Source of the DNA: Bacilli bacterium
GTDB lineage: Bacteria; Bacillota_I; Bacilli_A; ML615J-28; CAG-313
Reading direction: 5' to 3'
Assembly (NCBI GenBank): GCA_017409905.1
Contig: JAFQRV010000038.1
Span: 12,686 to 76,685, forward strand
Length of the DNA: 64,000 bases
Part shown: positions 17,791 to 27,906 of the stretch, one piece after another
Numbering within the stretch: the first letter of the stretch is position 1
How the letters are laid out: each line of letters opens with the position of its first letter
Program-made: the position numbers and the translations under genes
Notes under the pieces: generated by a model
What the model was told of the DNA's origin: nothing
Databases searched by the model: none
The model's input: the letters and a program-made list of their open reading frames with translations, nothing else

Positions 17791-19251
17791 ATGAATGAAA
17801 AACAAATCGTAATTATTGCTTCTGAATGTCAACCATTCTTTGCATCTGGTGGTTTAGCTGATGTTATTGGTAGCTTACCTACAAGAATCGCTAAACTAGT
17901 AAATACAGATGGTGAAAAAAATCAAGTATCAGTAATTTTACCATTATATTCTAAATTTACTAATAATACTTACAGAAATAAATTAGCATATGTTGGTCAA
18001 ACAACTGTTAATCTTTCTTGGAGAAAACAATACTGTGGTGTATTTAAATATTCTTCAAAAGGTATTAATTATTATTTTATTGATAACGAGTATTATTTTA
18101 AAAAGTCAAGTTACTATGGATATTTTGATGATGGTGAAAGATTTGCTTTCTTCTCTAAAGCTGCTATTGAAACGATTAAATATTTAGATATTACACCTGA
18201 TATTATCCATTGTCATGATTGGCAAACAGGTTTAGTACCAGTATATTTAAGAACTACTTATTATAACGATGAAAGATTTAAAGAAACTAAGAGAATTTTT
18301 ACTGTTCATAATATTGAATATCAAGGTGTCTATTCATATGATGAAGATATTCTTGAGGATGTATTTGGACTAGCCGCAAGTGATGGCTATTTATTAGAGT
18401 ATCGTGGTCAACTAAATATTATGAAGGGTGCTATGGAAACTTCTAATTATGTTAGTACAGTAAGTCCAACATATGCAGAAGAAATTATGTATGCATATTA
18501 CGCTAAAGGTTTAGAATTTGAAGTGGAAAGAATTAAAGCAGAAGGTAAACTTAGAGGTATCTTAAATGGTATTGATAAGACTTTCTATAATCCAGCTAAA
18601 GATGAAGCTTTATTCGTTAAATATGATAAAAAGACTCCTGAATTAAAACTTGAAAATAAAGTACAATTACAAGAAATGTTAGGTTTAACTGTTAATAAAG
18701 ATATTCCTCTAATTGGTATGGTTACTAGACTTGTAGGTCATAAAGGATTAGAATTAGTTAAGAGTGCTTTACCTGAAATTTTAAAACAAAAAGTTCAAGT
18801 TGTAATTTTAGGAACAGGTGATAGTTACTATGAATGGTATTTAAGAGATTTAGAAAGAGTATATCGTGGAAAATTATCAGTAATTATTGCTTTCAATCAA
18901 GATTTATCACGTAAGATTTATGCATCTAGTGATATCTTCTTAATGCCATCAATTTCTGAACCATGTGGTTTAGCTCAAATGATTGCTTGTCGTTATGGTG
19001 CTTTACCGATTGTTAGAAGAACTGGTGGTTTAGCTGATAGTATTAAAGATTTTAGCCAAGCTAAAGGTAATGGTTATGTTTTTGATAATATCAATGCTGA
19101 AGAAATGCTTTCAAAAGTATTACAAGCAATTGCGGAATACGATAACAAGGAATTATGGGCTAAGCATGTAAAAGCTGCTATGGCATGTGATTTTGGTTGG
19201 ACTAATTCTGCGAAAAAATACGTAGAAATGTACGAAGAATTATTAAAATAG
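17791..19251 (+). CDS. glgA: glycogen synthase (ADP-glucose type)
   Basis: ASECQPFFASGGLADV (K-T-GGL-like motif), HCHDWQTGLVP, and a C-terminal GT-B motif SISEPCGLAQM. Confidence 0.95.
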   Translation: MNEKQIVIIASECQPFFASGGLADVIGSLPTRIAKLVNTDGEKNQVSVILPLYSKFTNNTYRNKLAYVGQTTVNLSWRKQYCGVFKYSSKGINYYFIDNEYYFKKSSYYGYFDDGERFAFFSKAAIETIKYLDITPDIIHCHDWQTGLVPVYLRTTYYNDERFKETKRIFTVHNIEYQGVYSYDEDILEDVFGLAASDGYLLEYRGQLNIMKGAMETSNYVSTVSPTYAEEIMYAYYAKGLEFEVERIKAEGKLRGILNGIDKTFYNPAKDEALFVKYDKKTPELKLENKVQLQEMLGLTVNKDIPLIGMVTRLVGHKGLELVKSALPEILKQKVQVVILGTGDSYYEWYLRDLERVYRGKLSVIIAFNQDLSRKIYASSDIFLMPSISEPCGLAQMIACRYGALPIVRRTGGLADSIKDFSQAKGNGYVFDNINAEEMLSKVLQAIAEYDNKELWAKHVKAAMACDFGWTNSAKKYVEMYEELLK

Positions 19252-19265
19252 TAAGGTGAACTAAA

Positions 19266-21677
19266 ATGTCGGATTCAACTATCAGAGCCAAAATAGAAGA
19301 CAAATTGGCAAACTATTTTGGCGTAACTCCAAGTGATGCCTCACTTGATCAAATGTATAAAGCTGTCAGTCTTTCAGTTTTAGATATATTAATGGCCAAG
19401 AAAAAGACATACAACCATGAAGTTAAAGTACAAAAGAAAAAACGTGTTTATTACTTATGTATGGAATTCCTAGTTGGTAGAAGTTTAAAAACTAATCTTT
19501 ATAATTTAGGTTTAATAGACGATTATATAAAAGTACTAAATGAACTTGGATATGACATTGAAGAACTATATGATAAAGAACCTGATGCTGGTTTAGGAAA
19601 TGGTGGTTTAGGTAGACTTGCTGCATGCTTTATGGATAGCTTAACTGCTTTAGGATATCCAGCTTATGGTTTTTCAATTAGATATGAATATGGATTATTT
19701 AAACAAAAAATCGTTGATGGTTGGCAAACAGAAATGCCAGATGTCTGGCTACCAGGTGGCGAAATTTGGTTAATTCAAAGAAGTGACCGTGCGTTAACAG
19801 TTCGTTTTGGTGGTACAGTAGTTGAAAAACAAGTAAATGGTAAATTAAAATATGAATACCATGATGCTACTGAAATTGAAGCATTACCATATGATATGTT
19901 AATAAGTGGTGGAGGAAGTGAAGCTGTATCAACACTACGTCTTTGGAGTAGTAGAAGTATTAGAACTTTCAATATGAAGTCATTTTCACAAGGTGACTAT
20001 GCAAACGCTGTGAAAGAAAGTTATGAAGCTGAATTAATTTCTAAAGTATTATATCCTTCTGATGATCATCAAGAAGGTAAAGCTTTAAGATTAAAACAAC
20101 AATACTTTTTAGTAAGTGCTTCAATTCAAAATATCTTTAATGACCATATTAAAAATTATGGTGATATTAGAACATTACCAGAGAAAGCAAGCATTCATAT
20201 CAACGATACACATCCAGTATTATGTATCCCTGAAATGATGAGAATTTTAATGGATGATTATGAACTTGGTTGGGATGAAGCTTGGGATATTGTTACTAGA
20301 ACAGTATCTTACACAAACCACACAGTATTAGTCGAAGCTTTAGAAACATGGAGTTTAGAACGTTTCGAAAGATTGTTGCCAAGAATTTCAATGATTATTA
20401 AAGAAATTAATCGTCGTTTTACAAATGACCTTTGGAATTACTTCCCAGGTGACTGGAAGAAGATTAGTGATATGGCAATCGTTGCTAATGGTAGAGTTAG
20501 AATGGCTAACTTAGCAGTACTTGGAAGCCATAAAGTAAATGGTGTATCACAATTGCATAGTGATATTATTAAACGTAGTATTTTTAAGAATTTCTATGAT
20601 ATTACACCAGAAAAGTTTACAAATGTAACTAATGGTATTGCTCATAGAAGATGGTTACATCAATCAAATCCTCGTTTATGCGCTTTATTAGATGAATTAA
20701 TCGGTCACGATTATTATAAAGATGCTAAACAACTTATAAAACTTAGAGCATATGAAAATGACGAAAAAGTTTTACAAAAATTACTTGATATTAAATATCA
20801 AAATAAAGTAGATTTTGTAGAAGCTGTTTATAAAAAACAAGGAATAGTGATTGATCCTAATACACGTTTTGATGTTCATGTAAAAAGATTGCATGAATAT
20901 AAAAGACAATTACTAAATGTACTAAAAATTATCAATTTATATAATAAGCTTAAGGCTAATCCAGATTTAGATATTACTCCGCAAACATTTATTTTTGGTG
21001 CAAAAGCTGCTCCAGGATATTATGCTGCAAAAGAAGTAATTGAATTAATCAATAAGATTAGTGAAGACATTAACCAACATCCAGAAATTAAAGCTAAGTT
21101 AAACGTAGTATTCTTAGAAGATTACTGCGTAACACTTGCGGAAAAGTTAATGCCTGCATCTGAAATTAGTGAACAAATATCATTAGCTGGTAAAGAAGCT
21201 AGTGGAACAGGTAATATGAAGTTTATGATTAATGGTGCCGTAACACTAGGTACGATGGATGGAGCCAATGTTGAAATTTGTGAAGCTGTTGGTGATGACA
21301 ATATCTTTATCTTTGGTATGACAACACCAGAAGTTAATGACCTTTGGAAGAAAGGCTACAACTCAACTTATTATTACAACAATAATAAAGAAATTAGAGA
21401 AATTATTGCTACATTAAAACACGGTTTTGCTGGTAAGAGTTTCGAAAATATTGCTAATTATTTATTAACAAGTAGAGGTGTGGCTGACCAATACATGTGT
21501 TTAGCAGATTTCGAAAGTTATATGGAAGCTTATTATAAGATGGATGCAATTTATCGTAATAAATTAGAATTTGCTAGAATGTCATTAGTAAATATTAGTG
21601 AAGCAGGGCGCTTTGCTGCAGACCGTTCTATTGAAGATTATGTAGAAGGTATTTGGCATTTAGAAAAACTAAGTTAA
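19266..21677 (+). CDS. glgP: glycogen/maltodextrin phosphorylase
   Basis: 803 aa. LGNGGLGRLAACF and the PLP-lysine motif EASGTGNMKFMINGA. Confidence 0.95.
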   Translation: MSDSTIRAKIEDKLANYFGVTPSDASLDQMYKAVSLSVLDILMAKKKTYNHEVKVQKKKRVYYLCMEFLVGRSLKTNLYNLGLIDDYIKVLNELGYDIEELYDKEPDAGLGNGGLGRLAACFMDSLTALGYPAYGFSIRYEYGLFKQKIVDGWQTEMPDVWLPGGEIWLIQRSDRALTVRFGGTVVEKQVNGKLKYEYHDATEIEALPYDMLISGGGSEAVSTLRLWSSRSIRTFNMKSFSQGDYANAVKESYEAELISKVLYPSDDHQEGKALRLKQQYFLVSASIQNIFNDHIKNYGDIRTLPEKASIHINDTHPVLCIPEMMRILMDDYELGWDEAWDIVTRTVSYTNHTVLVEALETWSLERFERLLPRISMIIKEINRRFTNDLWNYFPGDWKKISDMAIVANGRVRMANLAVLGSHKVNGVSQLHSDIIKRSIFKNFYDITPEKFTNVTNGIAHRRWLHQSNPRLCALLDELIGHDYYKDAKQLIKLRAYENDEKVLQKLLDIKYQNKVDFVEAVYKKQGIVIDPNTRFDVHVKRLHEYKRQLLNVLKIINLYNKLKANPDLDITPQTFIFGAKAAPGYYAAKEVIELINKISEDINQHPEIKAKLNVVFLEDYCVTLAEKLMPASEISEQISLAGKEASGTGNMKFMINGAVTLGTMDGANVEICEAVGDDNIFIFGMTTPEVNDLWKKGYNSTYYYNNNKEIREIIATLKHGFAGKSFENIANYLLTSRGVADQYMCLADFESYMEAYYKMDAIYRNKLEFARMSLVNISEAGRFAADRSIEDYVEGIWHLEKLS

Positions 21678-21681
21678 TGAT

Positions 21682-21710
21682 TTGCAAATTATGTCGAAAA
21701 GTTGTATAAT
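21682..21710 (+). promoter_or_regulatory. sigma-A-type promoter (pfkA)
   Basis: TTGCAA (21682-87), 17-nt spacer, TATAAT (21705-10). Confidence 0.6.
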
Positions 21711-21740
21711 TTACTAGTATAAAAATTAGGAGTAGAAAAT

Positions 21741-22706
21741 ATGATAAAGAAAATTGCTGTTTTGACATCTGGTGGTGATGCACCAGGAATGAATGCGGCT
21801 ATTCGTGCCGTTGTTCGTTCTGCACGTTCTTATGGATTAGAGGTTATTGGTATCCATGAGGGGTATAAAGGCCTTGTTGAAGGTGGAGAAAACTATGAAC
21901 CAATGACAAGAAAGTCAGTTACTGATATTATTGCAAGAGGTGGAACAATTTTAGGTTCTGCAAGACTTCCAGAATTCCCTCAACCTGAAGTTAGAGAAAG
22001 AGGTATTCAACAATTAAAAGAACATAATATTGATGCATTAATCGTTATTGGTGGTGATGGTACTTATGCAGGTGCTAAAAGATTACATGATCATGGAATT
22101 AGAGTAATCGGTTTACCTGGTACTATCGATAATGACATTGCTTTTACTGATTATACAATTGGTTTTGATACTTGTTTAAATACAGTTGTAGAATCAATCG
22201 ATAAATTACGTGATACATGTGGATCACATCAACGTTGTGCTGTTGTTGAAGTTATGGGAAGATATTGTGGTGATATTGCTAGATCTGCTGGTCTTGCAAC
22301 AGGTGCTGAATTCGTTGTTACAAATACAGATAACAATGATTTACAAACTATCCTAGAAAAAACAAAAACATTTAAAGAACAAAATAAACGTCATCCATTT
22401 ATTATCGTTACAGAACATTTATTTGATGTTCATGATTTAGCTCGTAAGATTGAAGATTATAGTGGTTATGAAACACGTGCTACAGTATTAGGACACGTTC
22501 AAAGAGGCGGAAAACCTTCTTCATATGATCGTATCTTAGCTTCAAGATTAGGTTTAGCAGCAGTTGAACGTTTAATGGAAGGCGAAAGTGGTGTATGTCT
22601 TGGTGTTCAATCAAATCAAATAGTCGCAACACCATTTGAAGAAGTTATCGGTAAATCAAAGAACTTATTCGAAGAATACGATGACTATATCAAATTACTT
22701 TGCTAA
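21741..22706 (+). CDS. pfkA: ATP-dependent 6-phosphofructokinase
   Basis: IAVLTSGGDAPGMNAAIRAVVR, IGGDGTY, PGTIDNDI, GHVQRGG. Own promoter and terminator. Confidence 0.96.
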   Translation: MIKKIAVLTSGGDAPGMNAAIRAVVRSARSYGLEVIGIHEGYKGLVEGGENYEPMTRKSVTDIIARGGTILGSARLPEFPQPEVRERGIQQLKEHNIDALIVIGGDGTYAGAKRLHDHGIRVIGLPGTIDNDIAFTDYTIGFDTCLNTVVESIDKLRDTCGSHQRCAVVEVMGRYCGDIARSAGLATGAEFVVTNTDNNDLQTILEKTKTFKEQNKRHPFIIVTEHLFDVHDLARKIEDYSGYETRATVLGHVQRGGKPSSYDRILASRLGLAAVERLMEGESGVCLGVQSNQIVATPFEEVIGKSKNLFEEYDDYIKLLC

Positions 22707-22712
22707 TTAATA

Positions 22713-22743
22713 AAAAAAGAGTTCATAAAAGAACTCTTTTTTT
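22713..22743 (+). terminator. intrinsic terminator after pfkA
   Basis: AAAAGAGUUC-AUAAAA-GAACUCUUUU plus U-run. Confidence 0.85.
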
Positions 22744-22753
22744 AAAAAATATA

Positions 22754-22783
22754 TTGTAATTTTTATATAAACAGTGATATAAT
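22754..22783 (+). promoter_or_regulatory. sigma-A-type extended -10 promoter (membrane-protein pair)
   Basis: TTGTAA, 18-nt spacer ending TGa, TATAAT (22778-83). Confidence 0.5.
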
Positions 22784-22844
22784 ATAGATAGTATTTTCTT
22801 TTTTAGTATAAAATATGAAAATGCACCAAAATAAGGAGGATTTT

Positions 22845-23741
22845 ATGCAAGATTATGGTAGTAAACCAGATAATTTTGATGCTGTTGCTATAATGTATAA
22901 TGATTACCTTCGTGATGTTGAAAATTGGGATGAAACTGATTTACCAAAATATCGTTCTAAAGTTATGGATCATACCGTTGGAACATTCTTAAGAATTGTA
23001 TTAGGATTACTTGTTTCGACATTGATCTTTTCTGCTGTTGTTGGCGTATCTTCAATGTTTTTCTCTATTGAAACTATGGGAGGCAATGTATATCAAATTG
23101 TTGCGATTGCATTAATACATTTAATTTCCTTTATTATTTATTTTAGAGGTGGAAAAAAGGCAATTAGAAGATTAATTGATTCATGTCATGGTGAAATTGC
23201 TCACAATGGCTCACCTTTTATTAGAAAGATAAAGGTTTGCCTAGTATTATCGCTAATCTTATTTATAGGTGTTGTAGCCTATGTAATATATAACTATATG
23301 ACTGGTGAAAAAATTGAAGGAGGATATATTGAATTATTAGGTGCATTTATGTACACTCCTGCATTTATTTTACCTTTCGCAAGATTTTTAGGATTCATCG
23401 TCGGAAGAAGAGATATTCCAATTTGTCCTGTTTGTGGTAGATATAATACAGTATATAAACAACAAATGGGTGAACAATTTGGACAAACTTATGATGGTGA
23501 GCATATTGAATACGACTATCAAACTGAAAGGGTTGGTACAAGATATACTACAACTACATATACAGATGGTTCTAAAAATACGACATCATCACCAATATAT
23601 GATAGTGTACGTTATACTGAAGTATATCAAGATTATTCAGCATTAGTTAAGTATGTTTATTTATGTAGCGAATGTTCTTATTGTGAATTATCACTAGAAG
23701 AGAAAAAATGGAAAATTCGCTCAAATCGTTACAGGGGGTAG
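22845..23741 (+). CDS. hypothetical polytopic membrane protein with C-terminal split zinc-ribbon (CPVCG ... CSECSYC)
   Basis: ORF track starts at 22815. I prefer ATG 22845, which follows AAGGAGG (22832-22838). About 4 TM segments, then CxxC-(about 75 aa, Thr/Tyr-rich)-CxxCxxC. Confidence 0.7.
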   Translation: MQDYGSKPDNFDAVAIMYNDYLRDVENWDETDLPKYRSKVMDHTVGTFLRIVLGLLVSTLIFSAVVGVSSMFFSIETMGGNVYQIVAIALIHLISFIIYFRGGKKAIRRLIDSCHGEIAHNGSPFIRKIKVCLVLSLILFIGVVAYVIYNYMTGEKIEGGYIELLGAFMYTPAFILPFARFLGFIVGRRDIPICPVCGRYNTVYKQQMGEQFGQTYDGEHIEYDYQTERVGTRYTTTTYTDGSKNTTSSPIYDSVRYTEVYQDYSALVKYVYLCSECSYCELSLEEKKWKIRSNRYRG

Positions 23742-23744
23742 TTT

Positions 23745-24482
23745 ATGGCTAGAAGAGTTGAAACTTATCCAGATGTGCAATCTGTAAAAGATAGAGTAAA
23801 ATATTTAAAACAATTTGGTTGGAAAGAATCAATAAGTGTTACTTCTCGTGGAGTTTATGAAGTTGAATTTACAAGGGATGATTCAAATCCACATAATAGA
23901 GAACTTAAAAAATATGAAACACAATTACAACAAGCTGAAACAGCACTTGATTTTATTGATAGATATCAATATAAGAGGGTAAACAAAAAAAGCTTTAAAG
24001 CTTTTGGTAAATTAGCTATAATTGGTTTAATTTATATTTTAGTATGTTTAGTGCTTGGTGCTTTTGTTTGTACTTTTATTAAGTTTGGATATGAAACAGA
24101 TCCTACAATTGTAGAAAAATTAAATTTAAGTGTTAATGTTAATGGTGAAGAAGTGCCACTAGATGATACTTGGAGCAAGACAATTGAATTAAAAGGAACA
24201 GAAGCTGAAAAATTTATACCTATTTTAGAGTTCTTAGGTATTGGTTCAGTTATTGTTATTAATTTAGACTTCATCCTTAATTTAATTTTTGGCGTTGGTA
24301 TATTCTTTGGATTCTTAGCAATACTTGTTATTATCTTTATAATATATAGAAAAGTAAAAATGAATTCTTATTATAAAGCAGAAGTAGAATATATTGCGAG
24401 AAGAAATGAATTACTTCAAGATAAAGCCTATGAAATTGAAAGAGAAATTAAGAATATCACTAAGAAAGTAGAAGCAGTTTAA
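23745..24482 (+). CDS. hypothetical membrane protein (soluble N-domain, TM, about 60-aa loop, TM pair, coiled-coil tail)
   Basis: AGGGGG RBS 3 nt after the upstream stop, so translationally coupled. No recognisable family motif. Followed by a strong terminator. Confidence 0.7.
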   Translation: MARRVETYPDVQSVKDRVKYLKQFGWKESISVTSRGVYEVEFTRDDSNPHNRELKKYETQLQQAETALDFIDRYQYKRVNKKSFKAFGKLAIIGLIYILVCLVLGAFVCTFIKFGYETDPTIVEKLNLSVNVNGEEVPLDDTWSKTIELKGTEAEKFIPILEFLGIGSVIVINLDFILNLIFGVGIFFGFLAILVIIFIIYRKVKMNSYYKAEVEYIARRNELLQDKAYEIEREIKNITKKVEAV

Positions 24483-24509
24483 AACTTGAACAAATGTTCA
24501 AGTTTTTTT
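24482..24509 (+). terminator. intrinsic terminator after membrane-protein pair
   Basis: AAACUUGAAC-AAAU-GUUCAAGUUU plus U-run. Confidence 0.85.
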
Positions 24510-24565
24510 CTTATTTTTTACTTTTATATCTAAAAAATGGTATACTATTAGAAAAGGAGATATTT

Positions 24566-25654
24566 ATGCCAGATATTAAAAAAATAGATACTAATTTTAT
24601 AAACAAAGAAACAGAACAAGAATTACAATATATAAATCCTAAATATAATAATAGTATTAAAATATACGGATTGAATTGGTTTGAAAAGGATAAACGTTTT
24701 GTTAGATTCCCTAAAGAAACCGATGAAATGATTAAAGAATTAGCAGAAGGATTACATTATTTAGTTGAACAACCAAGTGGAGGGATGTTAGTATTTAGAA
24801 GTAATACTTCTACATTAAAAATTAAAGTGAAACTTGGACATACTTTTAATATGTCCCATATGCCATTTACTGGTCAAGGTGGATGTGATGTGTATATTGG
24901 TAAGGATTTTAAGAGTTTAACTTATTTTAGAACAGCATCATATCATTATAGTTTGAAAGAATATGAATTTACATACTTTACTAATTGGCCAAAAGAAGAT
25001 CGATTATATTTAATAAATCTTCCTTTATATGGAGGAATTGAAGAAATCGAAGTAGGTATTGACTTAGATGCTACAATCAACAAAGGAGAAGAACTTTTTA
25101 CAAAAGGTAAAATAGTATGTTATGGAACATCTATTACTCAAGGTGGGTGTGCATCACGTGGTGGAATGAGTTATACTAATGCTTTATCTAGAAGAATGGG
25201 ATATGAAGTGCTTAATTTTGGATTTTCAGGAAATGGTAGAGGTCAAGTAGAAATTGCGGAAATCTTAGGTTCAATTGAAAATGTCAAAATGTTTATTTTA
25301 GATTATGAAGCTAATGCTACATTACCTATGCTAAAAGATACATTAGATAACTTTATTAATAAATTAAGAGAAACTTATCCATTAGTTCCAATTTTAGTTT
25401 TGAGTAAAATTAGAATGTCTGTTGAAAACCATGTAGAAGCGAACTATTTAGACCAATTATCAAGACTTAAATATCAAAGAAGTGTAGTAAATAAGCATAA
25501 GAAATATGATAAGAATATCTATTTTTATGATGGACATAAATTACTTGGTAAATATGCAAGTGAAGCTACAGTAGATGGATGTCATCCGACAGATCTTGGT
25601 TTTATGATGATTACAGAAAATTTAGAGAAAATTATTAATAAAATATTAAATTAA
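24566..25654 (+). CDS. SGNH/GDSL-type esterase with N-terminal GxDLY-type beta-domain
   Basis: The ORF-track start at 24494 lies inside the upstream terminator. ATG 24566 follows AAGGAGA. GCDVY (GxDLY-like). SGNH blocks are CYGTSITQGG, FGFSGNG and DGCHPTDLG (D-x-x-H). Confidence 0.8.
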   Translation: MPDIKKIDTNFINKETEQELQYINPKYNNSIKIYGLNWFEKDKRFVRFPKETDEMIKELAEGLHYLVEQPSGGMLVFRSNTSTLKIKVKLGHTFNMSHMPFTGQGGCDVYIGKDFKSLTYFRTASYHYSLKEYEFTYFTNWPKEDRLYLINLPLYGGIEEIEVGIDLDATINKGEELFTKGKIVCYGTSITQGGCASRGGMSYTNALSRRMGYEVLNFGFSGNGRGQVEIAEILGSIENVKMFILDYEANATLPMLKDTLDNFINKLRETYPLVPILVLSKIRMSVENHVEANYLDQLSRLKYQRSVVNKHKKYDKNIYFYDGHKLLGKYASEATVDGCHPTDLGFMMITENLEKIINKILN

Positions 25655-25686
25655 AAAAGAATCTGTTATATAAACAGATTCTTTTT
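25654..25686. terminator. bidirectional terminator between convergent SGNH esterase and lipoprotein genes
   Basis: AAAAAGAAUCUGUU-(loop)-AAACAGAUUCUUUUU. The A-run and U-run flanks allow function on both strands. Confidence 0.85.
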
Positions 25687-25692
25687 ATTTAA

Positions 25693-26025
25693 TTATTTTT
25701 TAAATGCTTTAATAGCGCCTTCGCTACCCCAAACTACCCATTTACCAATAACTTGGATAGAATCTTTATCGCCTAATTTTTCAGCAGCTTCTTTAGCAGC
25801 TTTACTAGAGTCATATAATGAAGCGTATAAGTTTTCAGTTAATTTAGTAGCAAAGAAACCACCTACAAATCCTTCAGCTTCTTCACTTTGATAACCTTTA
25901 CAAAGATAACCAGCTTCAGTCATTTTTTCTTCTGCTTTAGCAACATCTTTAGGAGCACATCCACATAATAAAACAAATGCTAAAACCATAACAAATAAAC
26001 TAGATAATTTTAAAACTTTTGACAT
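25693..26025 (-). CDS. small lipoprotein of unknown function
   Basis: Signal peptide with lipobox LLCGC. AAGGAGG RBS. 110 aa. The bidirectional terminator lies downstream. Confidence 0.75.
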   Translation of the reverse strand: MSKVLKLSSLFVMVLAFVLLCGCAPKDVAKAEEKMTEAGYLCKGYQSEEAEGFVGGFFATKLTENLYASLYDSSKAAKEAAEKLGDKDSIQVIGKWVVWGSEGAIKAFKK

Positions 26026-26125
26026 TTTTAATTTCCTCCTTATTTAATTATCTTATGTAAATTATATCAAATATATTTTTTAAAGTCAAAATAAAAAGCC
26101 TAGTAATTTAACTAGGTAATATCGA

Positions 26126-26154
26126 TTGAAAAAAATTGAAAAATATGATATAAT
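26126..26154 (+). promoter_or_regulatory. sigma-A-type extended -10 promoter (proS)
   Basis: TTGAAA (26126-31), 17-nt spacer ending TGa, TATAAT (26149-54). Leaves only a leader of about 20 nt. Confidence 0.6.
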
Positions 26155-26181
26155 AATGCGTCATAGAAAGAGGGTTTACTT

Positions 26182-27888
26182 ATGAAAGCAAGTAAAATGT
26201 TAATAGCAACTTTAAAAGAAGCACCAAATGAAGCACAAATTGCAAGTCATGTTTTATTAATTAGAGCTGGCATGATTAGAAAGTTAGTGGCTGGTGTTTA
26301 TAATTATTTACCACTTGGACTTCGTGTATTAAATAAGGTTGAAAATATTATTCGTGAAGAAATGGATAATTCAGGAGCATTAGAAATTTTATCAAGTGCT
26401 ATTCAACCAAAAGAATTATGGGAAGAATCTGGTAGATGGAGTAAATATGGTCCTGAATTAATGAGATTTAATGATCGTCATGAAAGAGAATTTTGTTTAG
26501 GTCCAACTCATGAAGAAATTTTTACAGATTTAGTTCGTACAGAAATTAAATCTAAGAAAAATCTTCCAATGTGTATTTACCAAATACAAACTAAATATCG
26601 TGATGAGTTACGACCTCGTTTTGGTTTAATGAGAGGAAGAGAATTCATCATGAAAGATGCTTATTCTTTTGACCTTGATGAAAAAGGTTTAGAAGTAAGT
26701 TATCAAACAATGCATAAAACATATGAAAATATCTTTAATCGTTTAGGTTTAAATTATAAAATTGTATTAGCTGATACAGGTGCAATCGGTGGTAGTGGTT
26801 CACATCAATTTATGGCTTTATCAGAAGTTGGTGAAAGTGATATAATTTACTGTGATTGTGGATATGCTGCTGATATTGAAAAAGCTGTTTGTATTGATGA
26901 TGAATACAAAACTGATGAAGAAGAATTAGAATTAACTTTAAAAGATACTCCACATATGAAAACTATCGAAGAAGTAAGTAATTTCTTAAATGTTTCATTA
27001 AAGGATGTCTTTAAAGCAGTAGTATATTTTGATATGGCTAACAACGAACCAGTTTTAACAATTGTAAGAGGCGATCGTAATATTAATGAAATTAAACTTG
27101 TTAATGCTTTAAATATTGCAGAACATGAATTAAGATTCGCAACTGATGAAGAAATTGTTAAGTTAGGGTCTATCCCTGGATTTGTTGGCCCTAAAGGTTT
27201 AAAAGTCAAGACTTTAATCGATCCAGAAGTAACAAAAGTTAAAAATGGTGTAATTGGTGCTAATTCTAAAGATCAACATATGATTAATGCAAACTATGGT
27301 CGTGATTTTGAAGGTTTTGTAGTTGATTTAAAATGTGTTGTTGAAGGTGATTTATGTCCAGTATGTCATAAACCATTAAAACAAGAAAGAGGAATAGAAG
27401 TTGGTCAAATCTTTAAATTAGGTACTAAGTATTCTAGTCCAATGAATTGTACTTATCAAGATGAAGCAGGTCAAAATGTTCCAATGGTTATGGGATGTTA
27501 TGGTATTGGTGTAACTAGAACAGTATCTAGTATTATTGAACAATATCATGATGAATTTGGTATTAAATGGCCACTTAATGTTGCTCCATATCATGTAGTA
27601 GTAGTTCCTATTAATTATAATGATGAAAACATGAGAAAAGTGGCAGATGATGTTTATGAACAATTAAAAGCCAATCATGTAGAAGTTGTTTTGGATGATC
27701 GAGATGAAAGACCAGGCTTTAAATTCAAAGATTGGGAATTAATTGGTATTCCTTATATGATTGTTGTTGGTCGTGGTGCTGTTAATGGTATTTGTGAATT
27801 TAAAGAACGTCAAACAATGGAAAAGGTTGAATTAGAAGCAAGTACTATTATTGAAAAAGTAACTGAAGCTGTTAGAAACATTAAATAA
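26182..27888 (+). CDS. proS: proline--tRNA ligase (bacterial type with INS editing domain)
   Basis: MKASKMLIATLKEAPNEAQIASHVLLIRAGMIRK start. Class II motifs (FRDE-like YRDELRPRFGLMRGREF, GCYGIGVTR). 568 aa, including the insertion domain. Confidence 0.95.
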   Translation: MKASKMLIATLKEAPNEAQIASHVLLIRAGMIRKLVAGVYNYLPLGLRVLNKVENIIREEMDNSGALEILSSAIQPKELWEESGRWSKYGPELMRFNDRHEREFCLGPTHEEIFTDLVRTEIKSKKNLPMCIYQIQTKYRDELRPRFGLMRGREFIMKDAYSFDLDEKGLEVSYQTMHKTYENIFNRLGLNYKIVLADTGAIGGSGSHQFMALSEVGESDIIYCDCGYAADIEKAVCIDDEYKTDEEELELTLKDTPHMKTIEEVSNFLNVSLKDVFKAVVYFDMANNEPVLTIVRGDRNINEIKLVNALNIAEHELRFATDEEIVKLGSIPGFVGPKGLKVKTLIDPEVTKVKNGVIGANSKDQHMINANYGRDFEGFVVDLKCVVEGDLCPVCHKPLKQERGIEVGQIFKLGTKYSSPMNCTYQDEAGQNVPMVMGCYGIGVTRTVSSIIEQYHDEFGIKWPLNVAPYHVVVVPINYNDENMRKVADDVYEQLKANHVEVVLDDRDERPGFKFKDWELIGIPYMIVVGRGAVNGICEFKERQTMEKVELEASTIIEKVTEAVRNIK

Positions 27889-27906
27889 GTTTAGTCGGAG
27901 GATTAT

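Noticed and set aside
26026-26181. Possible T-box leader upstream of proS.
   Set aside because: The intergenic region is only 156 nt and is shared with a divergent gene. The best promoter (26126-26154) leaves a leader of about 20 nt. There is no T-box consensus (AANNNGGGTGGTACCGCG-like) and no terminator/antiterminator pair.
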